Assembly: GCA_965603825.1 (NCBI GenBank)
Contig: CBFDEM010000023.1
Span: 496,001 to 560,000, forward strand
Direction: 5' to 3'
Source: Blepharisma stoltei ATCC 30299
Lineage: Eukaryota; Protista; Ciliophora
DNA length: 64,000 bases
Every line of letters begins with the position of its first letter. The stretch's first letter is position 1. Shown piece after piece: positions 25,059 to 36,972 of the stretch. The notes under the pieces are model-generated. The model was given only the letters and a program-made list of their open reading frames with translations. It searched no databases and was not told the origin of the DNA. The position numbers and the translations under genes were made by a program.

Positions 25059-25164
25059 ATTTCTCCTTTTCTAACTTCTAATTTCATGTTATTACTTTAG
25101 TAAAAGCTATATTCTTTCGTTATATGTTAGTTTTAGAAGAAGATTTAAATTATCAGACTGCCTA

Positions 25165-26106
25165 TTATTCGATTTTTAGCAAAATCTTTCCACTTGAAAG
25201 GCTGCCTCTGTATTCGGTTATGGCTTCCTGGAAATTTGTCCAGTTTTTTATAGACGCGATTTTAGGGACAAATAATGAATAATTCTGCCGCAAAATGCTT
25301 TCCCAGTTACCTAAATTGTCTTTATAATCATTCAGGTGAAATCCTTTGATTTTCTTGCTTTCCAAAATCAAGTTAGTGAGATCTACTTTTTCACATGGTT
25401 TTGCTGAGAGATTTCCAACAATAATAACAGTCCCATCAGGCTGTAGAACTTTTAACAAAGAATTGGTAATAGTTGAGCCTATAAAATCAATAGCAAAACT
25501 TGGCTTCTCTTTTTCTGAAACTTCTTTCAGCTTCTTTGGAAAGTCTTTGCTGCTTGAATCAAGCACATTTTCTAATCCCAGCTGCTTGAGCTCTTCAATT
25601 TGAGAGCTTTTTCTGATAATCCCAATTGGCCTTTTACCTTGGGTTAGGCCTAATTTTATGAGAATTTTTCCTAAACTTGACATTGCAGCAGTAACAATAA
25701 AAGACCCCTGATCTCCTACCAGATTAAGAATCGAAATAGCAGTCAGGGGATTTACCATTATTCCAGCAGCTTGTTCTGAAGACAAATCATCTGGGATTTC
25801 ATGCCAAAGATTAGAGATTGCAAACTGAGACCAGGATCCTATTCGAAAGTATCCAGCGATCCTACGTCCAATAAGCCTTGCATCTAGTTCTTGGCCTACT
25901 GACTCTATTCTGCCACTTCCTTCAAGTCCTAAAGTTACTGGATATTCTGATTTCTCGTCATACGCTCCTACAAGTGTTGCAAGATCTGCTGGGTTTATAG
26001 CGGAATATTCCATCTTAACGAGAACTTCTCTACTCATAGGACTTGGAATAGGGATGGAGTCCATTATGGGCACGCTCCTTCTCTTCAATATGCGGATCGC
26101 TTTCAT
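25165..26106 (-). CDS. zinc-independent medium-chain dehydrogenase/reductase (quinone/enoyl reductase-like)
   Basis: EVLVKMEYSAINPADL; PVTLGLEGSG; VNPLTA; TAAMSSLGK; GKILL. Confidence 0.88.
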   Translation of the reverse strand: MKAIRILKRRSVPIMDSIPIPSPMSREVLVKMEYSAINPADLATLVGAYDEKSEYPVTLGLEGSGRIESVGQELDARLIGRRIAGYFRIGSWSQFAISNLWHEIPDDLSSEQAAGIMVNPLTAISILNLVGDQGSFIVTAAMSSLGKILIKLGLTQGKRPIGIIRKSSQIEELKQLGLENVLDSSSKDFPKKLKEVSEKEKPSFAIDFIGSTITNSLLKVLQPDGTVIIVGNLSAKPCEKVDLTNLILESKKIKGFHLNDYKDNLGNWESILRQNYSLFVPKIASIKNWTNFQEAITEYRGSLSSGKILLKIE

Positions 26107-26162
26107 TTTTTAATATAATCCAAATCGCTATTTTACCATAATCTCGTCCTATTTATTATAAA

Positions 26163-27713
26163 ATGTCTGAAGGGAAAGACTCGCCTAGTAAGCTTGAGCA
26201 GCGAGCTAAAGAATTCATGCAGACATTCAACCAAGAAGACATCAAACGTCGTAAAGAAGAACAAACTGTAGAGCTGAGGAAATCCAAAAGAGCTGACCAA
26301 GCCACAAAACGCAGAAATTTCCAATCGAATGATCAAGAGTGGGTCAAAGTAAATGAAAAGTATAAAAAATATTATGTACTTGCAGACCTCCCAGAGCTGC
26401 TCCAAGCAATCCGAGCCACAGATCCTGAGCGTCACCTATTTGCAGCTCAAGGATTACGAAAACTTCTGAGCATAGAACATCAGCCACCAATCCAAGAAGT
26501 CATCGATGCAGGCGTCGTCCCAATTCTTATAGAATGAATTCAAAGGTTTGAGTTTCCTCAGCTTCAGTTTGAATCGACCTGGGCACTGACAAACATTGCA
26601 TCTGGAACACACCAACACTGCCAAGTCATTGTAGAAAAAGGAGCCATTCCTTTGCTTGTCAAACTTCTAGAATCACCCAACGAAGAAGTCAGAGAGCAAG
26701 CTGTCTGGGCCATTGGCAACATCGGAGGTGACGCAGCCCATTGCAGAGATATCATTCTACAGCACAACGGGCTGCAATTGTTGATTAACTGCGTAGAAAA
26801 CACAGCCAAGCCTTCAATGATCAAAAATGGAAGCTGGGCTATCAGCAACTTGTGCAGAGGCAAACCACCCCCAGCTTTTGAAATGATTAAAGACGCCATT
26901 CCGATTTTGGCAAAAGTAGTCATGGAGCATCATGATACGGAGCTTTTGACTGATTGCTTGTGGGCATTGTCACATTTATCAGAAGGAGGGGAAGAAAAGG
27001 TAGAAATGGTAATTGATAGTGGATGCATACCAAGAGTGATTCAGTTTTTGGGACATCATATATATAACGTGCAGTTACCAGCAATTAGGACGATCGGGAA
27101 TGTAGTCACAGGAAATGACAAGCAGACACAAATTGTGCTTGGAATGGGAGGAGCTGTAGCATTATCAAACTTATTGAGCTCTCCTAAGAAAAATATCAGA
27201 AAAGAAGCTGTTTGGAGTATCTCTAATATTTGTGCAGGGAGCAAGGAACAGCTAGATGCTTTGGTTGCAGCTGAGGTGTTTGGAAAAATTATTAATATCG
27301 TGCAAAAAGATGAAAAGGAAATCAGAAAAGAAGCTGTTTGGGCACTTAGCAATGCGGCAGCTGGAGGAAGAGCTGATCACGTCGCACATTTAGTACAGCA
27401 AGGAATCATCCCAGCGCTTTGCAATTTGTTTACACTTCAAGATGTGAAAATTGTAAGTGTAGCGATGGAAGGAATTAACCGAATTTTAAAGCATGGACAA
27501 GAAAACTTCAAGACTGAACAAGGCACAAACCCGTTCGCAGACATTGTGGAAGAGTGTGGAGGGTTAGACAAATTAGAACAACTGCAAGGCCATCCTAACA
27601 CAAATATTTATGAGAAGGCGAGAACGATAATTGAGAACTATTTTGAAGTGGAGGAGGATGAAAATTCACAGCTTATTCAGTTGATAAAAGACAGTGTCCA
27701 GTTTACATTTTAA
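26163..27713 (+). CDS. KPNA: importin alpha (karyopherin alpha), 516 aa
   Basis: IBB domain RRKEEQTVELRKSKR..KRRN; ARM repeats LQFESTWALTNIASG, QAVWAIGNIGGD, KEAVWSISNI; one TGA(Trp) at 26535. Confidence 0.95.
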
Positions 27714-27922
27714 TTGCTTTAGATAACAAATCTTTTAATATCATTAAAATAATGAAGTATTAATTTTAAATTTTTAAAGAATGTTGCCAAGAAGAAAGTA
27801 TAAATACTTCTTAGCGTTTTATTAGCAAAACATTAGTCAAAGTGAAAATTAATATTGAGAAAGAAGAAGCATATTTGAGTTTCATAAGCAATGAGCATTA
27901 AAGATACCTTTGGAAAATATGT

Positions 27923-27927
27923 AAAAA
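27923..27927 (-). terminator. RNA polymerase III T-run terminator of the tRNA gene
   Basis: TTTTT on the minus strand one base after the discriminator. Confidence 0.65.
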
Positions 27928-27928
27928 G

Positions 27929-28001
27929 CACCCGAGATGGGACTTGAACCCACAGTCTCTTCCTTAGGAGGGAAGCGCCTTATCCGTTAGGCTACACGGG
28001 C
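27929..28001 (-). tRNA. trnR-CCT: tRNA-Arg(CCT)
   Basis: Reverse complement GCCCGTGTAGCCTAACGGATAAGGCGCTTCCCTCCTAAGGAAGAGACTGTGGGTTCAAGTCCCATCTCGGGTG folds as a cloverleaf; CTTCC/GGAAG anticodon stem, loop CTCCTAA, GTTCAA T-loop. Confidence 0.93.
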
Positions 28002-28265
28002 TTCTTAATTTCATTTGAATAAATTAGGTAAAATATATGATTTTAGACTATTTTTATTATTGAGTCGAAAATTCTTTTATTCTCTTTTTGATTTTTCATA
28101 AAAATTGTTTAATAAATAGTTCTAGTGTAGATAAAACTGTCTTTAGTCTTTTGTTAGGCAAGACTGATAACCATATAAATTCATATAGCTTCAATATAAA
28201 TATTCTTTATTTCATCTTAAATAATTTTCTTATAAAACCCAATTAATAATAATTTATTGACCTTA

Positions 28266-29258
28266 ATGGAACCTGACAGAATAACTGAATTATTCTTCCA
28301 ATGAATAGAAGCTAAGGAAGGAGACTTGAAGTTCAATGTTATGTTTGAATCTCAAGAAGGTTCAATGCTTACCTTCCGATTTGACGACCATTTGATCAAA
28401 CTCAACTTCAATACCTTTGCATTAGAATGCAGAGCTACCAATAAACCTCTACGAAGCTATGTTGAATGGGCACAAGACACTCTAATAGAGAAACAACAAA
28501 GTTTCACATCAGGAGAAATTGAATTTGGTGATTTACTGACAGAATTAGCAGAAGAATATCAAAGAAAGTTTTACCCTGATGAAGAAGAAGAATTCTCAGA
28601 CGGAGACAGTGATGAATATGCTCAAGAAAACATGGACATCGCCAGGCCAAGCCAAAAAGAAGAAACCAAGGCTATCGAAGAAGAAGTTAAAGTAGATCCA
28701 GCTTTAGAAGAAAAATTAAACAAATTAGAGCAAGCATTTTCTGGTCAAGGCTCTGCAACTGCAAATAAAAGGATTTTGCAAGAATACAAGTATTTGACAA
28801 ATTCAAAAGAATGCAAAGGCTTGACTGTTGATTTTGAAGGGGGATCAAATATGTACGTGTGGATTGTTAGACTTGATGTCAAGATTTTTGAAGTTGATAA
28901 AGAGCTTAAAAAAGATTTCGAAAAATATGCTTCAAAGTATAACCAGAACCAAGAAATTGTGTTTGAGCTGAGGTTTGACTCACATTTCCCATTTAATCCA
29001 CCCTTTTTAAGAGTAGTTAGGCCTAGGTTCCAATTCAGAACTGGGCATGTTACAATTGGAGGATCAATATGTATGGAATCATTAACCCCGTCAGGCTGGA
29101 TTCCTGTAAGAACAGTTGAAAGCATATTTGTTGAAATTCTTTTCAATATGACTGAAGGAGGCGCAAGATTAGATCCGGTCTCTGCAAATGTTGAATATTC
29201 GTTAGCAGAGGCCCAAGAAGCATTCACTAGAGTTGCGCAGCAGCATAGATGGATTTAA
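28266..29258 (+). CDS. ubiquitin-conjugating enzyme E2, UBE2Q-like (330 aa)
   Basis: GSATANKRILQE; FPFNPPFLRVVRP; GHVTIGGSICMESLTPSGW (catalytic Cys); GARLD..YSLAEAQEAF. In-frame ATG at 28266 via one TGA. Confidence 0.9.
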
Positions 29259-29324
29259 TTTCTTAATTACCTTTAAACTTAGGAAAATTTGATTATTTTT
29301 ATTGTTTAATTTTAATTCATTTTT

Positions 29325-29670
29325 ATGCGTTGCAAAAAAGTCTATGATTGGGCTAGATATAAGCTCTTGGTTGATGGAGTGATCGGAATAATTTTCGGAT
29401 GCTGGCAGGTAAGAGATATTTAGCTTTATACATTTTTGCTAGGGTGTAGTGATTTGCTGTAAAAAGACGAATTCAAATTATAATGGAGAAAAAAATATAA
29501 AACTCTATAAGATAATTTTCTTAGGTTATTAGATTTCCAGTTTCACATTTTGGTTTGTTTTAAGCCTAATATTGGCTAAACAATTTATTATTTCTTTGTT
29601 TTGGCCTTACGCGATATTACACAAAGAGCATTAAACAATTTTTATTATTTGATAAATTAATTCAGAGATT
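29325..29670 (+). pseudogene. diverged duplicate of the tetraspanin 3' end (last TM, intron, 3' flank)
   Basis: Clear similarity to 31432-31780, including GTCTATGATTGGGCTA..TTCGGATGCTGGCAG|GTAAGAGATATTTAG|CTTTATACATTTTTGCT and downstream non-coding sequence. Confidence 0.8.
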
Positions 29671-30627
29671 GTCTAAGTTATGACAATAATAAATTTATTA
29701 TGCATGATCTTAAAAATTAGAATCTTGTTGAATTTATCAATTTAGGGGATCAGCTAAGTTTGGATCTGCAGAAATGAGTCTTTTTAGCTATTTCTCACTT
29801 TTTCTAGGCACATTTAGGACTTTATCAACTTGGATTTTATATTTTCATCAGCATGAAGGATCAATCAGTTTAAAATTTGCAACCTGCCTTTATCTTTAAA
29901 TTTACTCTCCAATTCTTATTTTTTACTTTATTTGCATTTATATTAATTATTAAATTATAGCAGTGATCTTTTCACATCTCTTAAATTTCAATCAATTATT
30001 TTATTTAACTTGAAATTAATTTCATATGCATTTCAATTAGTTTTATTGACTAAATTTCCCTTTTAATTCACCCTTTAAGAGTTAGGCCTAAGCTCCAATT
30101 CAGAATTTGTATATTACCATTAGAGCATTTATATTATGGAATATCTAGTCTCAATTTTTGTAAGAAAGTTGAGAGTATAATTTTCAAAATTTTTTCAATG
30201 TGACTGAATGATTAGACCTGGTGTCTGTAGAGAGCTCTGGAGGAAAGTCGATTTTAATTTATTATTATCTTCAAACCTTAGAATTATTTGATAGTTTCTT
30301 TTTGAATTCAAATTAATTTCATGCGTTGAATCGATAGCTAATCACAGACAAGAGAAATCATAATAGAACTATTTTCCAAATAAATAAAGGATCTTAATTC
30401 TTCATATAAATCTTGATTTAAAGTTTCGAAACCTAAAGATGATTGAAACAATTTTAACATGAGACGTAAATACTTTTTTGGTCTTTTTATTTTTTAGGTA
30501 TATTTCTTATGAAATATTAGACTTTGCTTACCTTTTATAAAACTACCCACATAGGATTCACAGATCGGTATTTTGTAACCGCTTTTAGTTAAACCTTCTA
30601 TAATAAACCTCTGCTATAAAAATAAAA

Positions 30628-31602
30628 ATGTGCTGCTGCAATGTCAGATGCTTACAATACTGCCTTTACATTAGCTGCGTCCTACTACTTGTAAGATTAA
30701 TATAGGGCACAGGAGCAGTCATTATCTGGATAGGCTTCGAAGTCCAGGATAGCGAGTTCGTGAAAACTATTGATGCAGAGTACGCAGGGTACGGGATTAT
30801 TGGCCTCGGTGGAGGTATGATAGTTTTTGCTGTTGTCGGCTTTATCTCTGGCTGTAAAAGGAGCAAATGCTTACTTTTCATATTCATTTTCATTTCCTTC
30901 ATCATTGGAGTTCTTCTAGTTGCATTTGGTGCTGTGATAATTTACGTAAGAGACAACTTTCTTCCTAAGTATCTGGACAGCGAATCAGATTGTCGCGATT
31001 TCGATGCCTTCGAAGAGGCTGATGATGGTTTTGGCAAAGCTTTCTCAACAATCTGTACAGTCTATTGTCCATGTGGCATGGACAGTGACATATATGCCGA
31101 AGTGAAAGACCTACTATACCCAAACCAAACTCAGCATATTCAAGGTACAACTGATATCCTTAGCTGTGACCCATGCTCAGAAGCTGCAACCTACCCAAGT
31201 GCTGTCCAAGACGTTGTTTATCAATGGATCAGAGACAACTTGGATTTGCCTGTGACTTCCTCTGCCGATTGCATAATTCCAGAAGGTACTTATGAAGACG
31301 TGTACTTAAAAGATTACAAGAAATACATACCTTTGATCAAATGAATGGAAAAACATTTTGACTGCTCGGGATTATGTTCATATAGACCTATTTATTTGTT
31401 CAGCGATATAAATAATGGAGTGCCTGAAAATAGCTGCCGTAAAGAAGTCTATGATTGGGCTAAAGATAAGTTCTTGACCTATGGAGTGATCACAATAGTT
31501 TTCGGATGCTGGCAGGTAAGAAATATTTAGCTTTATACATTTTTGCTGGCTGCAGGGTTGTGCTGCAATTGCACAAATTCAAGACATAAAGGTAAAAAAT
31601 AA
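30628..31602 (+). CDS. tetraspanin-family protein (~314 aa, two 15-nt introns)
   Basis: MCCC N-terminus; three N-terminal TMs (GFISGCKRSKCLLFIF); Cys-rich large loop with W(TGA)MEKHFDCSGLC; TM4; LCCNC tail. Confidence 0.85.
30691..30705 (+). other. 15-nt spliceosomal intron
   Basis: GTAAGATTAATATAG within TM1. Confidence 0.88.
31516..31530 (+). other. 15-nt spliceosomal intron
   Basis: GTAAGAAATATTTAG within TM4. Confidence 0.88.
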
Positions 31603-31853
31603 TGAAAGAGCTTAAATAAAACTCATAAGATAATTTTCTAGTGTTATTAAATTTCGAGTTTAACATTTTGGAATTTTTTAAGTCTAAATTGGCTAAAAAA
31701 ATTATTATCTCTTTATTTTTACACATCTTCCTCAAAAGAGTATTGACGATTCTCATTATTTTAACAAAATAGTCTAGAGATATATCTTGATTTTATATTT
31801 TACCCAAAAACTTAAATCAAACATAATAATTGGTTAAGTCATTAAAGTGGTAT

Positions 31854-32888
31854 TTATTCCATTTCATACGCAAAATGATCGACATCAGCTTGCAGATATT
31901 CTCCTCCCATCACTGGAACTTCTTTTGGAGAGTTCTTAGCGAATTCTCTCATTTCAGCTTGGATCTGTATAAAGAAGTCTTTTTGTGCCATTTCTAGCTC
32001 TCTCTTTAGTATATTTTGGTCTTTAGCAATTATATTCTTTTTTATCTTGATAAATTTTCCTGTCTCGAGCTGGCTGCTTTGATTTCAATTATAAAAGAAA
32101 TAAAATTCAATCAAGTATAGTCCTCTTTCAAGGCTTTGAATAATTGCAGTGTTTTCAAAAAATAATGAAGGAGGTTCTACGTTAAAATAATTTCTAAAGG
32201 TCTCTTTTGTGATTTCTAATACTTCATATTCTTCATTTATCCCTAAAATTTCATCACTAGGGGGTGGTGGCATTTTTTCTTGACTTGGCTTAATTGGGGT
32301 AGCCTGAGAGTAAGGTTCTCTATCAATTTTATCAAAATTTTGCTGAGCTGGCATTTGTTGTCCTGAAAATCCTGTAGAAGCTGCACCTCTTGTTTCTATT
32401 CTAGTAGAATTCTGAGGAGTCGACCTTTGTTCCCTTGAGAATTTCATGGGAGATGGCTCTTGAGCTTTTTTCATCCTTGACGGCTTCTTTAACTCTTCTT
32501 CTAAAATATTTGCTGTCGAAATAAAGTCCCCTACGATTATACCTATCTTGATGAAAATTTTTTCAGGCGTTCTTTCACTCATGGATGTAGTCTCTAAATA
32601 CTTGTGCATAAAAAGGCCTGCGCCGACGGCTTCAAACAGATTATTTGCTTTAGATTTTATGATATCATTTAGCTCTACAATTTGGACCCCGATTTGTTTA
32701 AAAATCCAATATTCTTTGACGAGGACTTGAGTAAGGTACTCATTTGTAAAAATTAGCTTGACAGCAATTAAGTATTTTTCTACTTGTTGCTTGGCGATTT
32801 TAAGAGAGCTGAAATCTCTTGTTCGTTTTAGCTTTACTGGGATGTCATTTTTGTCAGCAAATGCTTGGAATTCTCGCAAACTTCCCAT
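31854..32888 (-). CDS. hypothetical protein (344 aa)
   Basis: ORF 32085..32888 extends through TGA to TAA at 31854-31856. Confidence 0.65.
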
Positions 32889-33167
32889 TTATTATAGAAT
32901 ATTTATTTTTTGCCCTGAGATTAAGGTTTATTTTATAATCTCTATTTTAAATGCATCTATTGTTACTTATAAAAATTAGATAGCTTTTGCAAAATTGGAT
33001 TTAAAATGTTTTAATGATATATAATAGTATCGAATTTTAAAAAATGATAATTTATATTATGCTTTCTTCTGTTTTATTTATATATTTATAACATTCGAGA
33101 TCGTTATATAAATTCACTAAGTATTAAATTGAATGATTATTGGTTGCAGATAATTTAATAAAGAAAA

Positions 33168-33980
33168 ATGGAGCAAGATTCTGATGAAAAAATAATTAAA
33201 TCATTGAAACTTGCGATAATTAGCAGCATTGTGACAACAATAATAGTATCAGATCTTATAGCAGACTCAATCATTGACACAAAATACACGGTAGCTATTA
33301 TTCCGTCAATTTTTGCAATAATAACTATTCCGGTTACTATACATTTAGCGATGAATATATTTTGTAACAATTTGAAGCCAACGTCAAAAAACCTAGTAAT
33401 TTTTTGCATATATAGTGGAGCAGTCTCAATTTTATGCTTTATGATTTTGTGTGCTTTATCTGTTGACAAAATAATAGAAATATCTTGATGGTTAATATGA
33501 TTACCAGGACTTTTTGCCATATTAACTTATTTCATATTTTGTGTTTTTTTAATTCCAGGATTGCTTGATCCAATTATTAACTTAAAAAGATATGCTTTTC
33601 TACTTGCAATTTGGCTTGTTACTTTGCTTGCTTCATTAGGATTATTAGGATGGTACTTAGAAGATACTGAAATATCGGACAGATTTATATATATGTGAAT
33701 TCCATTGATGGTTTCTTCACTAATTAATCTATTCGTGAACTATGCGTATTATAGAGAGGATACATCTTCCACATACTTATTACTGATTGAAAATTTAACT
33801 TGCCTTTACATTTTGATGTTTAGTATTTTAATAATACTTAGTCTAACTGTATTGGAAATCCGCACGACCATTATCTCACTTCCTCTTTTAGCATTTTTTG
33901 CAACATTAGTTTACTTCGAAATTTCAGACAGTGTAAGACCAAAAAGTCCACTACACGAACAACTATCAAATAAATTTTAA
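33168..33980 (+). CDS. multi-pass membrane protein, possibly TMEM185/TMEM60-like (270 aa)
   Basis: One frame with 3 TGA; about 8 hydrophobic segments; repeated W..I(W/F).P motifs (ISWWLIWLPG, YMWIPL). Confidence 0.55.
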
Positions 33981-33994
33981 CTAAAGAGATTAAC

Positions 33995-36826
33995 TTAAGA
34001 GGTGTATAAATACTTAGGAATTTTTTCGGATTCCTCATCTTTCATAAGGCTTGCTTCAAGATCTTCTGCTGGGATGTCATCAATTTTGCATTGCCAATCT
34101 TCATGACCCTCAATTATGTGCTGCTCAACTATTTCTTGAGTAGGATTGATATTAGGCTGGCTTTTTACTCTCGATATAGCACTAAGGCTTGGCTTAGGGA
34201 TTTCAACTGACTCTAAGTCCCATATATCTTCAGCATACTCGTGGATTGTGCGATCACTTGAAAACCTTCCCATATTAAGCGCTCCAGTTATAGACATTTT
34301 TAACCATCGGTCTTGATTCTTATATACCGCATCAGCTTCTTCTTGTTTTTCTATATAAGAATAAAAATCAGATTTCACAAGATAAATATCATGCTGCTCC
34401 AGGGATTCTACAAGAGATGATAGTTCTTTAGGATTCCCAAAAGTTCCACTTTTAATAGCATCAAAAATTCTTTGCAGGCGGCTTCCAGCTGGTGCTCCAC
34501 TCTGTACTCGAAGTCTATCAACTTCATGTACTCTTGCCCCAAATATAAAGGCATTCTGAATTCCAATATCTTCTACAATTTCTACATTGGCTCCATCCAT
34601 GGTTCCCATAATAATGGCCCCATTCATCACAAACTTCATATTACTTGTCCCTGAAGCTTCAGTACCAGCAGTCGAAATTTGTTCAGTCAGATCAGCAGCT
34701 GGGATGATGATTTGTGCACTGGACACACAATAGTTAGGAAGGAAAACGACTTTCATTAGATCTCCTATATCAGGATCATTGTTAACAACGTCTCCAATGC
34801 TATTAATAAGTTTTATGATCTTTTTGGCAGCAATATACCCAGGTGCTGCCTTTCCACCGACCATGAAAACTCTTTTGACTTGTTTTGCTCTGTCATCAAC
34901 TGTCATGGCTTTAAGGTTAAAGTAGCGATAAATCATGTACAAAGCGAACAAGTTTTGCCGTTTATATTCGTGGATTCTTTTGACCATAATATCAAACATC
35001 GCGTCAGTTGGGATTTTAATTCCACACTCCTTTTCTACCCATTTTGCGAGTCTTTCCTTGTTTTGCAGCTTGGCTTGTCTGAACTCTTCTTGGAATTCTT
35101 CATTATCGATGTAGCTCATTAAGTTTTTAGTTTCATACAGATCTGAAAGCCAGTTATTAGACTTGAGATATTTGGTGTAGATATCTGACAGTCCTTTATT
35201 TGAACATTTTATCCATCGTCTAGGAGTGACTCCATTTGTCTTATTTTGGAATTTTTTAGGGAAATATTCGTGGAATCTTGCAAAGAGCTGAGTTTTAAGC
35301 AGGTTGGAATGGAGAGCTGCGACTCCATTGACTGCATGGGAGCTGACAATACAAAGATTAGCCATACGGACTGCTTTAGGTCTCGACTCTTCAATAAGTG
35401 ACATATACCCCATGATATCAAATTTCTTAGGGTCATTGGCATATCTTTGGCCAACTTGGTTCATAAAGTGGAAATTAATCAAATAAATGATTTCTAAATG
35501 TCTTGGAAGAAGTCTTTCGAACAGCTCAACACTCCATTTCTCCAAAGCTTCTGGCATCACTGTATGATTTGTGTAGCTGAACACTTTATAACAGATATTC
35601 CAAGCCCTTTGCCACTCAAGACCATATTTATCTACTAAAACTCTCAAAAGTTCTGGAATTGATATGGCTGGATGAGTGTCGTTTAATTGAATGGCAACTT
35701 TATCAGGCAGTTCTTCCCACTCTCTTGGCTTTTTTAAAAATCTTCTAATTATATCTTGAATAGTAGCGCAACAGAAGAAATATTGCTGCCTTAGTCTCAG
35801 CTCTTTGCCGCTAGGTGTAGAGTCATTTGGATAAAGAACTGATGTAATGTATTCAGCTTTCTGTCTGGTTTCAATTGCTTTGAAGTAGTCACCTTGATTA
35901 AAGCTTTGGAAATCAAATTCATTAGTAGGCATGGACTTCCACAATCTTAAATTAATAGTGTTAAAAGTGTCGTACCCAGGAATTGGGTTATCATAAGCAA
36001 TTGCTTTGACAATCTCATTTGGAATCCAATTCGATTTTTCAATGCCATTTTCCCACTTCTTTTCTACTCTTCCGCCAAAATAAATATCATAAGTTACATC
36101 AGACCTCTCAATTTCCCAAGGATTCATCTGTGCTAGCCAATAATCTGGCATTTCCACTTGGTATCCTTTGACAATCATTTGTCGGAAAATCCCATAGTCA
36201 TATCGAATTCCATAACCCCAGGCTGGGTAGTCTAAGGTAGCCAAAGAGTCTAAAAAGCATGATGCAAGCCTTCCAAGGCCTCCATTGCCAAGCCCAGGGT
36301 CGACTTCTTCATCATAAAGTTCTTCAAGTTTATATCCAACTTCTTCTAGAGCTTCTCTATATTTATCTTCTAATCCTAAATTAATCAAGGCATTTTGCAT
36401 TGATCTGCCAATAAGGAATTCAATTGACATGTAGTAAACTCTTTTTTTGTCCTCTGCTGTAAACAGCTGCTGGGTGTCGTTCCAGCTTTCAATTAGTCTA
36501 TCTCTGATGGAAAGAGCTGCAGCTTTAAAGCAAGAATTCTTATCAAAATTGAAACGAGTTCGAGCCAGCGTGTATTCTACATGGGCTACGATTGCTTTTT
36601 GGATTGTTGACTTCTCAGTATCTATATATTCTGCCATCAACTCCCAAAGTTTTTCACTGGTTGCTTCTCCTCTTGAAGCAGAATCAAATTCAGGACGATA
36701 CAACTTTTGAGAACCCAGCTCAACTCTAGATGAATGTCTACTGCCTCTTCTATGAAGGCCAGAATTCTCTTCGCCTTCACCTGAGAACACTCCTGAGCTG
36801 TAATGCTTGATTGGTTGTTCCTCCAT
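33995..36826 (-). CDS. PYG: glycogen phosphorylase (GT35)
   Basis: GLGNGGLGRLASCFLDSLATL; IQLNDTHP; YTNHT; KTNGVTPRRW; VKRIHEYKRQ; PLP-lysine motif EASGTSNMKF. Start placed at the second Met (36826); 36856 also possible. Confidence 0.96.
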   Translation of the reverse strand: MEEQPIKHYSSGVFSGEGEENSGLHRRGSRHSSRVELGSQKLYRPEFDSASRGEATSEKLWELMAEYIDTEKSTIQKAIVAHVEYTLARTRFNFDKNSCFKAAALSIRDRLIESWNDTQQLFTAEDKKRVYYMSIEFLIGRSMQNALINLGLEDKYREALEEVGYKLEELYDEEVDPGLGNGGLGRLASCFLDSLATLDYPAWGYGIRYDYGIFRQMIVKGYQVEMPDYWLAQMNPWEIERSDVTYDIYFGGRVEKKWENGIEKSNWIPNEIVKAIAYDNPIPGYDTFNTINLRLWKSMPTNEFDFQSFNQGDYFKAIETRQKAEYITSVLYPNDSTPSGKELRLRQQYFFCCATIQDIIRRFLKKPREWEELPDKVAIQLNDTHPAISIPELLRVLVDKYGLEWQRAWNICYKVFSYTNHTVMPEALEKWSVELFERLLPRHLEIIYLINFHFMNQVGQRYANDPKKFDIMGYMSLIEESRPKAVRMANLCIVSSHAVNGVAALHSNLLKTQLFARFHEYFPKKFQNKTNGVTPRRWIKCSNKGLSDIYTKYLKSNNWLSDLYETKNLMSYIDNEEFQEEFRQAKLQNKERLAKWVEKECGIKIPTDAMFDIMVKRIHEYKRQNLFALYMIYRYFNLKAMTVDDRAKQVKRVFMVGGKAAPGYIAAKKIIKLINSIGDVVNNDPDIGDLMKVVFLPNYCVSSAQIIIPAADLTEQISTAGTEASGTSNMKFVMNGAIIMGTMDGANVEIVEDIGIQNAFIFGARVHEVDRLRVQSGAPAGSRLQRIFDAIKSGTFGNPKELSSLVESLEQHDIYLVKSDFYSYIEKQEEADAVYKNQDRWLKMSITGALNMGRFSSDRTIHEYAEDIWDLESVEIPKPSLSAISRVKSQPNINPTQEIVEQHIIEGHEDWQCKIDDIPAEDLEASLMKDEESEKIPKYLYTS

Positions 36827-36972
36827 TATTTTATAGCCAATATATGTAACATACAAATTGCCAAAGATGGTGCAAAAGATGAAGATATTATTTTAACTCT
36901 AAATTATGAAAACTTTGTAAAAATAAATTTTATGTATAAAAAATACAAAAATGCGATAAAATGTATATTGGA

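Noticed and set aside
27929-28001. tRNA as a possible UGA-decoding suppressor
   Set aside because: The anticodon is CCT (Arg, reads AGG), not TCA or CCA
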